45,572 nucleotides of DNA, from NCBI GenBank assembly GCA_024654105.1, contig JANLID010000046.1, positions 1 to 45,572 on the forward strand, in the 5' to 3' direction. The stretch's first letter is position 1, and each line of letters opens with the position of its first letter. Both the position numbers and the translations under genes were made by a program. Origin of the DNA: Gallionella sp. (lineage in GTDB: Bacteria; Pseudomonadota; Gammaproteobacteria; Burkholderiales; Gallionellaceae). Below the pieces are notes generated by a model, which saw nothing but the letters and a program-made list of their open reading frames with translations, had not been told where the DNA came from and did not search any database. Shown one piece after another: positions 43,912-45,572 of the stretch.

Positions 43912-44772
43912 ATGGCGCGACTGACTACCCTGAAGCCGCGTGTCCAGGTACTTGGCCCAAGGCTGGCACCACAGCCGAAGCCATCGCAGGCGCCGACCTA
44001 CCGCATCCGGGGCCGCGCGCTGCAGCAGATCCGGGCAGAGCACTTCCGCGCGCATCCGCTTTGCGTGATGTGCTTAGAGCAGGGCAAGGTGAGCATTGCC
44101 ACCGACCTCGACCATATCCAGGCCCTGACAAACGGCGGGAAAGACGTTGAGTATAACCGGCAAGGACTATGCCATCCGTGCCATGAAATCAAGACCCTGG
44201 CTGATCTGGGTATCAAGTCCGACGCATTCACGTACAAAGGCCCACTCTGGCGCCTGGCCGAGCGCGCACCGCAGATCAGGCAGCAGCAAGCAGACTTCGC
44301 TGAGTTGCGCTTCCCGAGCGATATCCAGTCCTCGCGCATCCCGTGCGTCATGGTCTGCGGCCCGCCCAACGGCGGCAAGCACCCGTATGTGCGCGAGCAT
44401 GCCGGGCATAATGACGTGGTGATCGACCTGGATCAGATAACGCCAGAGCTATCAGGATTGCCCGTATGGCAGGTAGGGATTGAGTGGCTACCCAAGGCCC
44501 TGGCCGAGCGAAACCGGCGCCTGCGTGCCCTGGCAAGCGACTACACGCACGTCCGCGCATGGTTCCTAATCAACGCGCCTGACCCTACCGAGCGCGCGCT
44601 ATGGGCTGAGCGCCTAGGTGCCGAGGTAGTCTTGCTTGCGCCTCCGGTCGAGGAATGCATCCGGCGCATCAAGGCCGAGCCGTACCATGAGGGCTATACC
44701 GAGCGCATGCTTGATGCAGCGCAGCAATGGTGGGCGATGAATTCAAATGTGCAAACGCACATAGCCAAATGA
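43912..44772 (+). CDS. Packaging-associated HNH (HK97 gp74-like) fused to a P-loop domain
   Basis: HPLCVMC...DHI..L..GG....N.QGLC.PCH..KT, then MVCGPPNGGK...VVIDLD. Confidence 0.8.
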   Translation: MARLTTLKPRVQVLGPRLAPQPKPSQAPTYRIRGRALQQIRAEHFRAHPLCVMCLEQGKVSIATDLDHIQALTNGGKDVEYNRQGLCHPCHEIKTLADLGIKSDAFTYKGPLWRLAERAPQIRQQQADFAELRFPSDIQSSRIPCVMVCGPPNGGKHPYVREHAGHNDVVIDLDQITPELSGLPVWQVGIEWLPKALAERNRRLRALASDYTHVRAWFLINAPDPTERALWAERLGAEVVLLAPPVEECIRRIKAEPYHEGYTERMLDAAQQWWAMNSNVQTHIAK

Positions 44773-44876
44773 TGACGGATTCTGGCGAGTAGATCAGCGG
44801 TAGAATAAGCGAAGCCCGAACAGCACGCGAATGCTGTCGGGCCTCTGACCAAGCAAGACTGTGAAGGAGTCAAGCA

Positions 44877-45521
44877 ATGGCTGCATCGGATTGTATCTGC
44901 AAAGGCTGTGGTAAGGAATTCGAGAAGAAGAAAGGCGGCCATAACAAGGGACTGTATTGCTCGCGCGCGTGTGCGTTTGAACATATCAAGGATTGGCACA
45001 ACGCATCGGATGAGCATAAGCAGGTTGCTGAGTACATGCGCCCAACGATGTGCTTGGTTTATTGGCCGCAATGTCAGGTATGTGGAACTACGTTCTTAGC
45101 AAGAAATAAACGCAGTCGATTGTGCTCCACTGAGTGCAAGGCGGAAGACGCGCGCAAGCCGAAACCAAGACCATGCAAGTCCTGTGGGTTCATATTTACG
45201 CCTGAATCTCATAGCAAGCAAAGACTGTTCTGCGATCAAGTCTGCGAAGATTATGGTAATGACGTGAGACGTAACAAAATACCAGCGCGCTTAAGGGCCG
45301 CAGTGCTGAATCGTGACGTTTATGTGTGTCACATTTGCGGGCTGAAGACAGACCCTGGCGCGGACGTGAACCATGATAGTTATCCTCATGCGGACCACGT
45401 TGTACCAAGAAGTAGAGGCGGCCCGACGAGTGCAGATAACCTGCGTTGCGCGCATCGCAGATGCAACATAATCAAGCGCGACACAATTCATATTGTTGCT
45501 GAATTACAACACAATACTTGA
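44877..45521 (+). CDS. HNH endonuclease with multiple zinc fingers
   Basis: Repeated CxxC/YCS motifs; CHICG...DHVVPRSRGG..SADNLRCAHRRCN. Confidence 0.9.
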   Translation: MAASDCICKGCGKEFEKKKGGHNKGLYCSRACAFEHIKDWHNASDEHKQVAEYMRPTMCLVYWPQCQVCGTTFLARNKRSRLCSTECKAEDARKPKPRPCKSCGFIFTPESHSKQRLFCDQVCEDYGNDVRRNKIPARLRAAVLNRDVYVCHICGLKTDPGADVNHDSYPHADHVVPRSRGGPTSADNLRCAHRRCNIIKRDTIHIVAELQHNT

Positions 45522-45528
45522 GATTTAA

Positions 45529-45572
45529 GGCGGGGGGGCGGATTCAATCCTTTGGTCGTCTTGACGGGACAC
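45529..45572. other. Probable genome end / cos-proximal sequence
   Basis: G-run GGCGGGGGGGCGG after the packaging HNH, at the end of the window. Confidence 0.4.

Overview
About 45.6 kb of a lambdoid/HK97-like siphophage genome. The host is probably a Gram-negative proteobacterium (inference from gene families). The window opens inside the virion operon and ends at a G-rich, cos-like terminus; terminase, portal and capsid genes are not in view. Order: (1) 1-8577, a sugar biosynthesis/modification cluster directly upstream of the head-closure gene (two radical SAM/SPASM enzymes, HxGH nucleotidyltransferase, GmhA-like isomerase, SDR, ThDP enzyme, methyltransferase, glycosyltransferase); (2) 8574-18983, head-tail joining and tail genes with a -1 frameshifted chaperone, a tape measure protein and a very small tail-tip set; (3) lysis genes; (4) a leftward early arm of small genes with an SSB-like gene and a ~500-nt structured non-coding stretch, and no recognisable integrase; (5) back-to-back promoters with a Cro-like gene but no CI; (6) methylases, a PAPS-reductase-like gene, replication genes with origin iterons, nin-like genes, Q and pR'; (7) a tRNA locus, a counter-oriented small-gene cassette, the packaging HNH and the genome end. 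The strongest signals are seven free-standing HNH/GIY-YIG genes, three of which sit inside split target genes (a tRNA-Met and a C5 methylase) beside a diverged replacement of the disrupted part, and the putative virion-glycosylation cluster. All product calls come from motif recognition by eye, not database searches.
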